Shown: positions 21,885-34,745, counted from the first letter of the stretch. The stretch is 64,000 nt of DNA from Neoechinorhynchus agilis (GCA_051530055.1 CM121342.1:8006691-8070690), one strand, 5' to 3'. A program made the numbers and translations. Notes: generated from the sequence alone by a model not told the origin.

Positions 21885-22650
21885 CGACTAGTCTTCAATC
21901 ATAGATCGCTGAGTCCAAGCGTACGGATCATTTGGTTTCATAGTCAATTTCAAGAAGTGCAAGACCGTGGTTTCTTATCCATACTTAGCTGAAGCAATCA
22001 ACATCCACGGTGGACCAGTAGAGCAAGTACACACATTCCCACACCTCGGTGGTATTCTGGATGATTCGCGGCATAAAATATTATCTTGCCAACCGAATAA
22101 AGTCCGCACACGTCTTATTCGGAAAATTAACCAGCCGAGTATTTACAAAGAAAGACCTCTGGCTAGTCACGAAACTTATGGTTTGCCGCGATGTAGTCCT
22201 CACCAACCTCCTAAATGGCTGTGAATTGTATACGCTCTACCAATCATAAATCCGAACGTTTTCACCAACAAAAACTTCGGAACGTTTAGGGAGTTTCCGC
22301 TGAGCAACGGGTAACTGATACTGAAGTCCTCTACATTTACATTTTATACCATCCTTCAAAACACCAATTTAGCGACACCAACTACGACGGGTTGTACAAA
22401 TTTAATGAATGATAGATTACTAAATACTCAAGCAGATGCTGCATACTGGGTTAAGCGAAAGGATCTCTAAAAGGCGTTTCAATAATCAAATTAAACGAAG
22501 AATGGACGAATTTCACTTCGACATAGGACACTGGGAATTTTCATAGCTGAATAAAATCTCCGAAAAAATGTCTGCCGCGAAGGTGCTGCTATCGCCGAGA
22601 ACAACTGGCGTAACGACTGTGAACAGTAACGTCAATGTCTAAAGGGGAAA
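21885..22650 (+). mobile_element. RTE-clade-like non-LTR retrotransposon 3' fragment, decayed
   Basis: FGFIVNFKKCKT, VEQVHTFPHLGGIL, RIKSAHVLFGKLTSRVF...TKLMVCRDVVLTNLLNGCELYTLY, EGAAIAENNWR. Confidence 0.78.
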
Positions 22651-23550
22651 CTTCTCCTCTCACTTTCCTCTGTTTCCACTGTCCCCCTCTTCCACCTCGA
22701 GCGCTCTTCCCATTTAAATTAGATGGAAAAAAGCAAAACAATCGATGTCATCAAAACGTTTGTGAACACTAAGATGAATTTACTATCTTACAGTAAGCAC
22801 AAATTAATTTCAATGGTTTAATTTAACGTCAGTTTTCCAGCTTTTAAACAAAATTTTAGAACGCTCCGTAAACAATGAATAGACTGATTCACGTAACAAT
22901 TTTTGGTCCGTTTTTGATATTTTCTATCCCGTATATCTATTGTTTCTCAGTATTTCATGCTTTAAAATATTCGTTCACGTCGCAAAATTTGCGATCTTTA
23001 TTTATTGGGACTCATTAATAGCCATTCTTACATTTACCTTTCCTAAATGAGATTTTTAAGTTGGACGGAGTATAGTGTTTCGGCTGTAGATTATTTAAAT
23101 ATTACCATACCAAATAGCTTTGCCCTCAAAGGTATAAGATCTTTAGGAACAAATACCTTGAAATTTTTACAGGTATCGATTCGACTTAATTTTTTAAGAG
23201 CGTCAATAGATATTGAAGGTTTTATTTTACGTTCACGTAAAAGAAACACCACTACTTGGCTATCATTTATTAACCGTTAAAGACACAGTGTGAGAATCCC
23301 ATACTCTCGATTATTGGTAGAACATTGCTACGAAGACTTATAAATATATAGCGCATTCTACACTTTGGTACATCTTAATCTAAAACATTTTGTATCGACA
23401 CCTTGCTACAAGTTTTTTAGAAAACTGTTTTGCTTTTGTTTAAGCTCTGCTGACAAGCAAAGTTGAGTTTTGCAAGAGTATATTACTACGCGATACTGTA
23501 TAGCTCGTCGACAAGTCTCATAGCGATTTCGGCGATAGAACTCGAACGCA

Positions 23551-26500
23551 ATGATCAGCTTCAAAGTTCAGGACATACCAAATATCGCATCTGGAAGCAA
23601 TATTCTTGCAAAACTTTATTTTGCGTTTGTAACTATTCCTAAAATAGCCTATAAGCTGAAACATTTCTTAGGTATATCGCACCAATCTTTTTTCGCACTC
23701 ATAGACCTCTCCACGAAACGGACGTTTCTGGATTACCTGAGAAAAGAAGAGTATCTCAAACTGGCAGGGAAATTGAACGGTATTGAAAGAATTTCTGCGT
23801 AGATAATTTTTATTTATAATAGGAGATGGAAAAATCAACTTTCTTCAAAAAGGCGAAGTCTTGCACGAATATTTATCTGCGTATTTCTGAAACAAATCAT
23901 ACTGTCGACGTTCCTTAATGTATTGGAGGTAAGCATTTCCGAGCGCGTTTCACACCGTATAACTTAAATTTAATAAATTCTGATGACACGTTGTTGTTGG
24001 CCCTTTAAAAGTTTTTACAAGTCGTTGCAGTGGTAGTACTGAACCACAGTTAGCTACTATGTTTTAGTAAAGAAAATCGTTTTTGGAGACTTTTGGTCTA
24101 TTTGTGGTATGTGCACGTGTTTGCATTCCATTCAAGAACAAATTGTTCATCCCCGTTTCAACGCCGTAGCCAAAAATAGTAGATGAATTCTTTAATTAAG
24201 CTCTTGATTTTTTAATGTCGTTACCCTTGGAAGGTCGAGTAAATTCAGAAATTTGTTCTTCCAATTTATTTCATGTCTCCTGAAACAGGCCATATTTCTT
24301 ATCGCGATGATCCCTATATTTGGTCAAATCCTCCAATATATAAAAGGAGAAATCACAGACAATCGTGCATGGATCTTCTTGGTATCTCACATTTCATTAT
24401 TTCACGCAAGTTCACTTGCGAGTTGTTGGTCGCTGTATGAATCACTTTGTCTTGGCTTCGAAGCAAGAGCGGCTTTTACGAGATTAGTGTATGCAAAGGT
24501 CAGAAATTTTGAGAATGATAAAATTGCGCAATTCCATGTCTATACCTTCTAGTGCTTGAAGCTTTCTCTTCATCAATGTGATGGAATCGAATCTGGATAT
24601 CTTAGTAGTCTCATAAGTACCGATGGTTACTCGTTTGACACGTTCGCACAATTCAGTGTACGAGTTCTTGGAAGCATTTTGAAATTTATTATGGTATTTA
24701 CATTTTGCTATCTTTACATTGACACGTTCGCTGCAATCGCGATATGCGTTTATCTCATTGCCTTTGCACTTTCACCTGTTTATATGATTGGCCTACGACT
24801 AATTAGGTTAGCCAATAAGTGCATAAGACCGGTTTTAAATTCTTTTGCAGGAAACGCATTAACAAACAAGTCGATACGAGACTTCGCAATCTCACCATAT
24901 ATTGCCGGTTCGCTCAGACCCTCAAAATGTGCTGCTTGGATACAGTTATTTATAAAGTTATATGCCGCTTAAATAAGAAGGAAACGTTCTTTTGTGCACT
25001 GAAAAATCTTGTGGAAGCGAACTCTTATACACTTCCCATTTTACTTCACTCATTTATCACACTGACGTATATTGTGATAAGTTTCAAAGCCAGCGGAAAC
25101 CTGCCAAGTGGAGTAAAGGTGTTTCAATTAATGGCAGTATCTCCCGTTTTGCGACTTACAATCGGAGGTGATGTAATTCGATTCTTTACTCGCTTCTCTG
25201 AAGTGAAACTCTCCCTTCAAAGGTTGCAGGTATGGTTTGTTTATTCAAATAAAAGGCGTTTTCATCTTAATTCAGAAACTAGCTGAGGATGTTGACCTGA
25301 ATTGCCATCATCTGAATCGTCAATCGGAAAACACAAAGAATGATTCGCATTATGCCATAGAATTATCGTCTTTAAGTTCATCGTGGAACAATGAGGTATG
25401 TACCTTACTCTCCTTTATTCCTTTAAATCCTTAATTTTATTTAGGCTTCTTCTATCAATATAAGAAATACTTCTTTACAGATTGAAAGGGAAACTTTGAC
25501 TTATATTATCGGACCGTCCAAATCTGGAAAAACGTCTCTGCTTTACTCAATATTGAACGAGTTGCGAATCGTAAGCGGTAGTGTAAACATCCACGGAAGC
25601 GTATCCATCAGCACACAAACTCCATGGCTGTTCCCTGGCACAATTCGACAGAATATAATATTCACTGCGATACCGAATGTTGAGCGGTATAAGGCTGTTA
25701 TTTATGCCTGTTGCTTAATTGAGGTTTTTGATTTTTTTTATTACGAAAACTACAATAAATTGCTTTTCTGTTCAGGATTTAAATGCTTTGCCCCAAAAAG
25801 ATCTCACGATGATTGGTGATGGAGGAAGCGGTTTAAGCGGTGGACAAAAAGCGAGAGTTTCATTGGCCAGGGCGATTTACCGAGACGCAGACGTGTATCT
25901 TCTTGATGATCCTTTAACTGCAGTTGATTATAAAACAAGGACACATATTTTAAAGCAGTTAGTATTTGCTTTAAATAATTCCAAAAAGAGTTCAATTGAA
26001 CTTTATGTAGTTGCATTCGAAATTTCCTAAAAGACAAAACCGTATTATACTGCGCTTCCAAGGTCCTGGAAGCCGGTCGTGCCGCCACGGTCATCACTCT
26101 GAAGGACGTAAGTTAGCCTATGATTTCTCGCAAGCAGTCAAATCGATTTCTTAGGGTTCGATTGAATTAATGGACGAACAAAGTGCTTCAAATTATGACT
26201 ACGATTCCGATTCGCAACGTACTCAGCGAGATTCTGACTTCGAACTGTTAACTCTGGACAAAGTGGCTCGGCGTTACTCGATGTGTTCACATAATGAAGA
26301 ATCCGAAATAGGCGGATTTATCCTAAAGCCAAGAACGGTAGATGCCGTGGGCTGGATTAAACTTTTGGGAAAACTATTTACACCGAACAAAATTGGAACC
26401 GCTATTGTACCTTTTTTAATTCTGTTTTGGTGCGGATCACATACTTTTCGCATTCTGTCGGAATACTGGCTTTCTCGCTGGCTCTCGGCAGAAACCGAAA

Positions 26501-28809
26501 ATGGCACAAAACACTTGAGTGACAACGCGTATGAGACTTTCTATTTAGGTTCGCTCATTTTGAAAAGATTAGTTCCCTATTTGTTTTTATAGGTTACCTC
26601 CTCGGATTTGTAATCTGTGCTGGATTGGTTCTATTTATCATCATCACCATGATTGGCTACGATACATTCTACGCTCATTCAAGGAGCTTGGCAAGAGTGA
26701 TGGGATCGTATTCGTTTATATTCGAGAAAGTATTGCGAGGTTTGTTTTGAAGTATTCTGAGAGATAAGATTATGTTCTTTAAAAAGGTGTTACGTTCAAT
26801 CGATTGTCGTTCGATATCGGCGTTATGCAAAATTTCGTGCCCATTTCAATTTATGCTGTAGGACAGGTTAAGTACAAATTTTATTAAATCAAAATGCAGT
26901 CTTTTATTATTTTAAATTATGGAGCATTTTCTGTGAGTGAGGCAATTTTATTATTTGTACCTCCGGGATGAGAATGCGAATCAGCCATATTGACTTCCTC
27001 TTGCCTTTGCCTCCTTTTTAATTCAAACGGAATCTTCCAAATATTTACTTCAATTTCAGCAAAATCTGTTTTTTTGTTAAATGACAACATTTTATTTTAG
27101 GATGCTTCACTAATCTTTGCACTAATGATCTACATTTGCTGCATCTGCCCTATAGCGGTCGCATTCGTACTACCGGCGATTATAGCTATGGCTTTCCTGG
27201 TATACCACCAAATAAATCTAATGGCCGCAGGATATCAAATGGAATCTGACAGTAAGACTTTCCTGTTTGACAATGCAACGCTCATTCTTGAAACATTTAT
27301 CTTGTAGCTCGAACAAACATACTAACCCACTTAGTAGCAACCCACCAAGGTCTCGTATCCGTTCGAGCATCTAAAGCTACAGATGAAATGATATCAGAGT
27401 TCGAGTACACAATTGGTTTGAGATTGCTTCGATAAATGAGAATCCTTTGATATAATCGTTTTAGATACAAACAATCAACTGCGATACACGCTTACTTTGC
27501 TTGATCGCATAGCTCAACACACTATTGATTTCGTTATTCTCTTAGTCATGCTGACGACTACAATTGTTTTCTTGTTCTTTTACACTGGTTAGCTAATTGC
27601 AAGCAACTAAAAATTCCGAGTAATAAAAAATCGTAAAAGGAAAAACCGAGGTCGGACAACTGGCAGTGACATATACACTTGTTGTTGCTGAAAATGCCCG
27701 ATATTTTATCCAAGAGGCTCAACTAAGTACTAATCACGTTCGTAAAAGCATTGCTTCTATAAGAAGTAATGTTCTCTATAATTGATAGTTGCTGTCGGCT
27801 GCTAGAGTTTTCGATCTTTATGATGCTGTTCAAGAACCGAACGCCGGATCAGAGGATGAAAGCGAAATACCTCCCTATGTTGATAACTCAATCGAATTAA
27901 TCAACGTCCGTTTCAAGTATTTTACGGATCTTCCCATGGTTCTGAATGGCTTAGATCTACGGATTGAGCCCAGATCTAAGGTTATTATGCGTTTAAGTAC
28001 TTTCTATAGATTTTCAACACTGTAAAACAAATAGGTTGCTATTGTTGGACCAACTGGAGCAGGAAAGAGCACCATATTCGGTGCCATATTTAGATTGGGG
28101 ATTGTAGAAGGAAAGATTATCGTTGGTGGTATTGACACTGAATCAATGAATCTCCATCAACTAAGACGCAGTATTTCACTCCTTCCACAGGTAGTATAAA
28201 TTTTTCATAATACAAATTAAATTGAGCTATTTTAGGAAGCGGTATTGATGAAGACCAGTATTCGGCTTAATTTGGACCCCTTTCAAGAAAAGTCAGACAC
28301 TGAGATTTGGGATGTCCTTCAGAAGGTACGTGTGACTCTTTTTACTTTTAAATGCAAGTATAAACTTACAGGTTGGACTGGATAATCGAATTCGGCAATT
28401 GAGCATTCAAGATTCAACGAACAAACTCGATTACGTATGCGAAGGCGAATCGGAATTCGGAATAAGCGAGCGGCAGTTATTGTGGTTGGCGAAGATACTA
28501 CTAGAAAAGAAATCAATTGTTCTGATTGACGAGGCCAGTTCCAAAGTCGACCAGCAAACACAGATTCAGATTCAAGAGATTATAAGTAGGGAGTTGAAGG
28601 AATGTACGGTCATCAGTATAATGCACAAGCTCGAAGATGCAATCTACAGCGATGTAGTTATGCTTGTGAAAGACGGGGATGTGGTTGAGAGTGGAAAGCC
28701 ATCAGAATTGTTGGCGAACGAAAACTCGATCTTCTATCAGATGGCGAGCACTGGTGGCAAATATTCTGAGACTACAGAGATGGATCATGTCGAATATATT
28801 GAGTTTTAG
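23551..28809 (+). CDS. ABCC4: ABCC (MRP4/CFTR-like, no TMD0) transporter, multi-exon
   Basis: Lasso-like N-terminus (NILAKLYFAF...RPLHETDV). NBD1: GPSKSGKT, LSGGQKARVSLARA, YLLDD. NBD2: GPTGAGKS, VLIDEAS. Many short GT-AG introns. Assignment to ABCC4 is by architecture only. Confidence 0.85.
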
Positions 28810-28924
28810 AAACGCGAAGAGGGTTAAGGAAATTGAGCACAGCGCTTCCTACTTTTAAAAGAACGAAAGTAATTTTTCACTTGATATTTTATTTGTAAAT
28901 TTTTAATCATAACATAATAAAGCA

Positions 28925-29945
28925 CAAAACGTGCAATCACCACCGTCCCCGAAATTGGAGCTTCTCTCCTTCCCCGCCTGTCGCTATCACGCTTGCAACA
29001 TTGTCTCGTTGTACTGCGAGCGAGATATAATGTCGCAGGAATACATATGCTCGTGCGTCGCCAGTCGTTTCTCTCAATTTCTTCAAGAGATCCTGGAGCA
29101 GAGTGAGCGCCGAGCTGCCGAGCGATCCATAAGTCTCTACTCCGAAGGGGACAAAATAGTGGGCCCTTGCTAATTCTCTATATTTTCGTACCTTCCTCCC
29201 TTCCGCTGCACCGGCGGCACCTCCAGCGATTTCGAGAGAATAGGGAAAGTTGCTCACTGCGAGGGTGTCCACACACGCGGCGTCCCAGGGTAGGCATTTG
29301 CCCTCCCGCAACGGAAAGACCGTAATTCCGTCAGGTCAACGGCCGTCTAGTCGACAAAGATGGGCGGGTTCTAAAATATTGGTAAGTTCGCCGTTCTCAA
29401 CGCCCGAGAAATTACGCTATTGATCACAGAATGGCGTGAGAACCTTCATCCTGGCTTTCGGCAAACGAGACCGTGTCGCTCGAAAGCATCAACCAAAGAC
29501 CCACATCGACAGCGATCGGGCGTGCATATCAGAAGACCAAGTCTTTAGGACACTGCGATCCTCGTCACCTCATCAGTGAGAAGAGTTCACACAGATGCCA
29601 GAGGAACAGCCTCCAACCACGCCCTCGATTCTCGTGTTGAAACTGCCACCAATCTAGTTCGGACGACCCCATGGCGAGAACCTGAAAGTAGAGAGCTGTG
29701 AGCTCTCGCGACGAGAGGTCTGTCCCAGATCGACTGTCTGAGGCCATTCACGGGAACATGATTAGCGCCTGTCTGCTGGCACCATTCTTCAACTGCCACC
29801 ACAGTCTTGGTCAAGACAAAACTTTCTCCTCGGAATTATCTTCGCTATCGGTTGACTCCCCTCATACGATCCAAGAAGGGCTGGCAAGGCAAGGCAAGGT
29901 CTACTAGAGCCCGAATGCCCAATCCCCCAGATGACACAGGTAATG
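28925..29945 (-). mobile_element. CRE-clade-like non-LTR retrotransposon, 5'-truncated and decayed
   Basis: LPVSSGGLGIR..DLALP, RTRLVAV...ESRAWLEAVP, CRCG...HGLVCR...RFSRH (Zn finger), PDGITVFP..EGKCLPWD, RKVRKY...FVPFGVETYG, TGDARA..FL...ISLAVQR. Confidence 0.85.
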
Positions 29946-30800
29946 AATGAACTCACAGTCATTACCATCGCATCTCCCTCTCTTTCCCTCTCCATAACCA
30001 TGGACGAGCTCAACCATCTCATTTTCTCGCTCTCCACCCTACACCTCTCCCTAAATTTATCCAAATCTTTTGAGCTTGCCCCCCACATTTCCAAACGCAA
30101 TCTTATCCCAGCGTCTCTCCCTCTCCCTATCCAACGCGCCTCTTCTCTCCGAATACAGGGCCAGGCTTTCCAAGAAAACCTTAAGTGGGATTCCCACATT
30201 TCATTTACCCTCTCTAAAGCAAACCCTCGTCTTTACCTTCTCAAACTCCTCCGGCGTCTCAGCGTTTCCCCTAGACACCTTGCCCACTTTTATCTATCTG
30301 CCATCCTTCCTATCCTTACATACGCTTTTCCCACTTTCCTCGCCCTTTCCGCCAATGCTTTCCATTCCCTGGAGACCTTCCACAAGAGAGCAGCTAGAAT
30401 ATTCGGGACTTCACTCCCTCCCCTCGACGCCAACCTCCACTCCATTTTCTCCGAAAACGCCCTCCGTCTTCTTCAACCCCCGCCACAATTTTCTTCCTTC
30501 ATCTCTATATACTCTTCGTTCGTAAACACTCGTAACCCCAACCTTTTTTAATCCCCCCTCGCTCGTACCACCCTCTACCAAAAATCTTTCTTCCCCCAAG
30601 CCCAATCTTTTCTTAATAACCGGAGAACAAGGAAATACTCCCAATCGGTCATCTCCTGTACAAAGCCTCCGATCGCACATTAACACCCCTTCAAAAACAA
30701 GTCCCATCTCCCTTGCCTTCAACATCCGACATCCAGACACCTTCAGTAAAGATGGATGCTGGCAAGTGTGTGGATCGTGAATTTCTTACATAAATAAAAC
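29946..30800 (+). mobile_element. L2/CR1-like LINE 3' fragment
   Basis: LHLSLNLSKS, FQENLKWDSHI...NPRLYLLKLLRRL, FYLSAILPILTYA, RTTLYQKSFFP, then an AATAAA-containing tail. The 3' limit is approximate. Confidence 0.8.
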
Positions 30801-30938
30801 GTGTTTATATAAGCTTGCCGCCACGCCTCATCTGAGAGCTGGACTATAAAAATACGCTGAAGACAAGCCCTTACCTTGTTGTCGAGTTTAGCCAATCCTT
30901 CCTAAAATGTCGATATGTGAGGTACCGGGGAATGTGAT

Positions 30939-31133
30939 TAGAATTATTGCTTAGGTCTACACCCGGTAAATGAACATTTATTAAAGACGTTTCGAACCTC
31001 GTCGGGTTCATCATCAGTTCTAAAATGAAAGTGGATGAGTTGTATTTTAGAATTGATGATGAACCCGATGAGGTTCGCAGAACGTCTTTAATAAATATTC
31101 ATTTACTGGGTGTAGACCTAAACAATAATTCTA
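30939..31133. mobile_element. Foldback element (about 89-bp inverted arms, 17-nt loop) resembling tail-to-tail Penelope-like termini (family 1)
   Basis: Arms 30939-31026 and 31044-31133 are near-perfect reverse complements. Each carries a hammerhead-like core followed by AATAAA. Confidence 0.85.
30975..31026 (-). ncRNA. Minimal type I hammerhead ribozyme motif
   Basis: AA-CTGATGA-T-GAACC/cgacga/GGTTC-GAAAC-GTC-TTT-AATAAA. Intact core, 5-bp stem II, palindromic ACGT stem III, GUC triplet. Stem I is weak. Confidence 0.7.
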
Positions 31134-31624
31134 GTTAAATTTAGAAGAGATACCGCGATAACCTTGAAAAGCTTATTCATTTTTCGTCTTTTTGTGGAAG
31201 ATACAATGCGGATGCATATTCGCTGAGTCAATGTTGAGTGAACTGGAATAATGAAATTCGTTGGTATTCTTATAGGGCGCCGCAATCAACTGGTGGGTCA
31301 TTCACTCGCTCGCTTTCTAATTTGACTTCCTGAGCAAGAATACAATCCAATGCTTCATATAACTCAAAGTCAAAATAGAAAATGATGGAAAAGATAGTGG
31401 CGATGATTCATTGCTGAGTGCCTTGGATAGCATGAGCATGTTATTTCTTTAGAAAAAATAGAATAATTCAATTGGTCAAAAATTAAATATCAAAACTGGC
31501 AAAGTTTATACATTCCGCAGTCTGGTCGAAATGGTCTAGTCGACCTTAGCACAGAAAATCTTTCTAAGGTTCAAAGGGTTCAATATCCATTTTCGTCGAC
31601 AACGCATAGCCAAAAGGAAACGAA

Positions 31625-31870
31625 ATACAGCTGAAGGGAGGAAACTCACTGATGAGTCCCGCCTTCTCGGGAGGTATCTGAGAATCGGAATTGATGCAAA
31701 ACTCATAAACCGTACGGTTCAGGGAATTAAGTGATTTTAATCGCTTCCCTGAACCAGACAGGCGGGTTGTGTGTCCAAGGAAAATTATCAGCCGTGAAAA
31801 AGGTAACACACAGATGGCAAATAAAAGTTACCGGCCTGACAGACTTTAAAAATAATTGAAATGTTGAACT
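31625..31870. repeat. Diverged, inverted partial copy of the 384-bp unit
   Basis: Shares blocks GGAGGAAACTCACTGATGA, GGGAGGTATCTGAG, CAAAACTCATA, AGGGAA..TTCCCT, GTTGTGTG.CCAA and AGCCG.GAAA with the reverse complement of the array unit. Confidence 0.8.
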
Positions 31871-31928
31871 TGGGCGGAATGCATTAAATGAGTACACCGT
31901 GCACATCCCAAACTCCCTTACAACGAAT

Positions 31929-33155
31929 GTACAAACTCTAATAGTTTTATTGTCTTGGGCTAAGTGTTCAATTCTCTTATGTCTACTGACAAGTTGGCTA
32001 TATTAATTAAGTTTTTTGAGCATCCCTTTCTCGGCTTTGTCCTTTTGGTCACACAACAAAACCGATATCTTTCTTTAGGGAAGTGATTGAACGACTTCCC
32101 TTAACCACACGTGAATATGAGTTTTGTACCCGGATACCTCCGGATCCTCAGATACCTCCTCCCGAGGAGTAGGCGTCAGATTCATCAGTGAGTTTCCTCC
32201 TACCTTCAACCGTGTGAGTCATCGGCGATCGTTGATGTTGGATAATTGCAAGTTGAAAAAGAGATATTCGGGACCGAGGTCCACTAGGACACCTCGTTAC
32301 AGCTACAGAAATATACAAACTCTGCCAGTTTTATTGTCTTGGGCTAAGTGTTCAATTCTCTTATGTCTACTGAAAAGTTGGCTGTATAAATTAAGTTTTG
32401 TGAGAATCCCTTTCTCGGCTTTGTCCTTTTGGTCACACAACAAAACCGATATCTTTCTTTAGGGAAGTGATTGAACGACTTCCCTTAACCACACCTGAAT
32501 ATGAGTTTTGTACCCGGATACCCCCGGATCCTCAGATACCTCCTCCCGAGGAGTAGGCGGGAGATTCATCAGTGAGTTTCCTCCTACCTTCGGCCGTGTG
32601 AGTCATCGGCTATCGTGGATATTGGATAATTGGAAGTTGAAAAAGAGATATTCGGGACCGAGGTCCACTAGGAAACATCGTTACAGCTACAGAAATATAC
32701 AAACTCTGCCACTTTTATTGTCTTGGGCTAAGTGTTCAATTCTCTTATGTCTACTGACAAGTTGGCTATATTAATTAAGTTTTGTGAGAATCCCTTTCTC
32801 GGCTTTGTCCTCTTAGTCACACAACAAAACCGATATCTTTCTTTAGGGAAGTCATTGAGTGACTTCCCTTAACCACACGTGAATATGAGTTTTGTACCCG
32901 GATACCCCCGGATCCTCAGATACCTCCTCCCGAGGAGTAGGCGGGAGATTCATCAGTGAGTTTCCTCCTGCCTTCGGCCGTGTGAGTCACCGGCGATCGT
33001 TGATATTGGATAATTGGAAGTTGAAAAAGAGATATTCGGGACCGAGGTCAACTAGGACACCTCGTTACAGCTACAGAAATGTACAAACTCTACCAGTTTT
33101 ATTGTCTTGGGCTATGTGTTTAATTCTCTTATGTCTACTGGCATGTTGGCTATAT
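31929..33155. repeat. Second tandem array of the 384-bp unit, about 3.2 copies
   Basis: Unit starts at 32124, 32508 and 32892. Same orientation as 19303-21616. Confidence 0.97.
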
Positions 33156-33490
33156 TAATTATGTTTATTGAGCATCAGATACTCAGCTTCGCTCGAGATG
33201 GGTAAAAGATGCTCACTTCATGCGTATTTCTCTAGTTTTACGGAACGATTTCCATAAGGGGCCCTTGTACCACAGCTTTGTGCCCACTATTAACTGTTAG
33301 AATTTAAAAAGTTCTCGGGAACCTCTGTTCTTTGAAAACATTCAAATTTAGTTTTATTTAACTGGTAGTTTTGGGCATTGATTTTATTTTCAATTATTTT
33401 CATTTTAAATACTAATTCCTTGATTTTTTAGTAACATGCGTAAACCTCTACCAAATACGCTGTAGGAATGTCTCTTTAAGAGTTTCGCAA

Positions 33491-34260
33491 TCATTCTACC
33501 GTTCTTTTATCGATTTGTTTTAATGGTAGAAAATATTTAATTAAAACAATTACTCTTAAACTTGCAAACAATATCTGTGGAAGTGGATTTTGTCCTCGAA
33601 ATATTAAATAACATGAATACGTCTCTAGGTTTGAACCGCTCAACAAGAATATCTTTCCACCCGAATGTGATCCTGCATGAAATAAAACAATTACGTTTTC
33701 TGTGTCGCCCTGCATGTCGATTTTGAAATCGTATACTAAAAATACTTGAGCCTTCGGAAATTGTAGTTTCGCGAGTTGAGGAAGTTCGATGCGCTTCTTT
33801 GAATAATCGAAAATCCTATTGCAAAGAATTGCGAGTGATAAAGAATTCGTGAATAAAGAAGCAGAAAATTAATGATTGTTATCTTAACTCTTGCGGTATT
33901 CAAACATTGCTGTAATGATTTGACAGAAAATCCTTGGGGAGAGTTGGAGATGTGTGGTGATCATAATCCCGTCCCGGATAAGTCGATTCGATTAATTTAC
34001 AATCTTGATAAAGGCACAATATTGTGTTATCGGAATTAATAAATTCCTTTAAATTTTCCGCCATAAGCAACCATGAACAGTTCAATCTTTAAGCATTTTT
34101 TAATTCCTTTCTGGTACTTAGAAATTCGAAAAATAAAATTCAAGCCTTTTTTCATTGTCCTTTAATCTGGCTAAACAACCATTTCTCTTAAATTTAAAGT
34201 TCTGTACTCAAATTCAAACAACCGTGCGGTTCCTTGATAGTCGCCGGTGCACTTTTGATT
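33491..34260 (-). CDS. Possible exons of an unidentified gene
   Basis: An open frame follows an AG acceptor near 33815 (IFDYSKKRIELPQLAK...VIVLFHAG...), with shorter open segments upstream. No motif recognised. Confidence 0.25.
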
Positions 34261-34542
34261 AAAAATTCATAGAGGTTGTTTAAAATAATAATAAAGATAT
34301 TTGTTTTTTATCGAACGGAATTCTCGAAATATATCACTATAATTTTTCATCGGGTTTCGTATATGAACAGTACTGCAATCGAAATTATAGGAAAAAGTAT
34401 TTCTGATGATTTTTACCCTGTAACTTTGCCTTTTTCCTTAACTACTTTTGTTCGAATAAAAATTGTTTGAATCACTGTCGATCAGAGGGCAGGAGCAATT
34501 TCTCTTACAAAACAAAAGTTTGGCTGTGTAACGGGTAAGAAC

Positions 34543-34612
34543 GCTTCATCCGTCCTTTCGGCCGTTACACCAGGACGACAGCTGAATGATCCATAAAGAC
34601 GGCGGTGTGAAT
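34543..34612. repeat. Second copy of the 70-bp repeat, within a pseudoknot-capable segment (34522-34582)
   Basis: Reverse complement of 10418-10487. Confidence 0.85.
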
Positions 34613-34745
34613 AATTTCATGACATTTATGTAAAGTTTAATCAAATACGACAAATTCTGTTTAACAATTATAAAATTGAAACTAAAACACCGATTTTAAG
34701 GTAAGCGCGAAAATCCAAATTCTTAGCTTTAAATTTTTTTTTCAA

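Noticed and set aside
19303-33155. CRISPR array or other prokaryotic defence system
   Set aside because: The DNA is intron-containing and eukaryotic; the repeats are contiguous with no unique spacers and there are no cas-like ORFs.
19239-33158. Repeated 88-112-aa ORFs (MYPDTSGS...) in the 384-bp arrays
   Set aside because: Non-ATG starts, stop position varies between units, and the diverged copy does not keep the frame.
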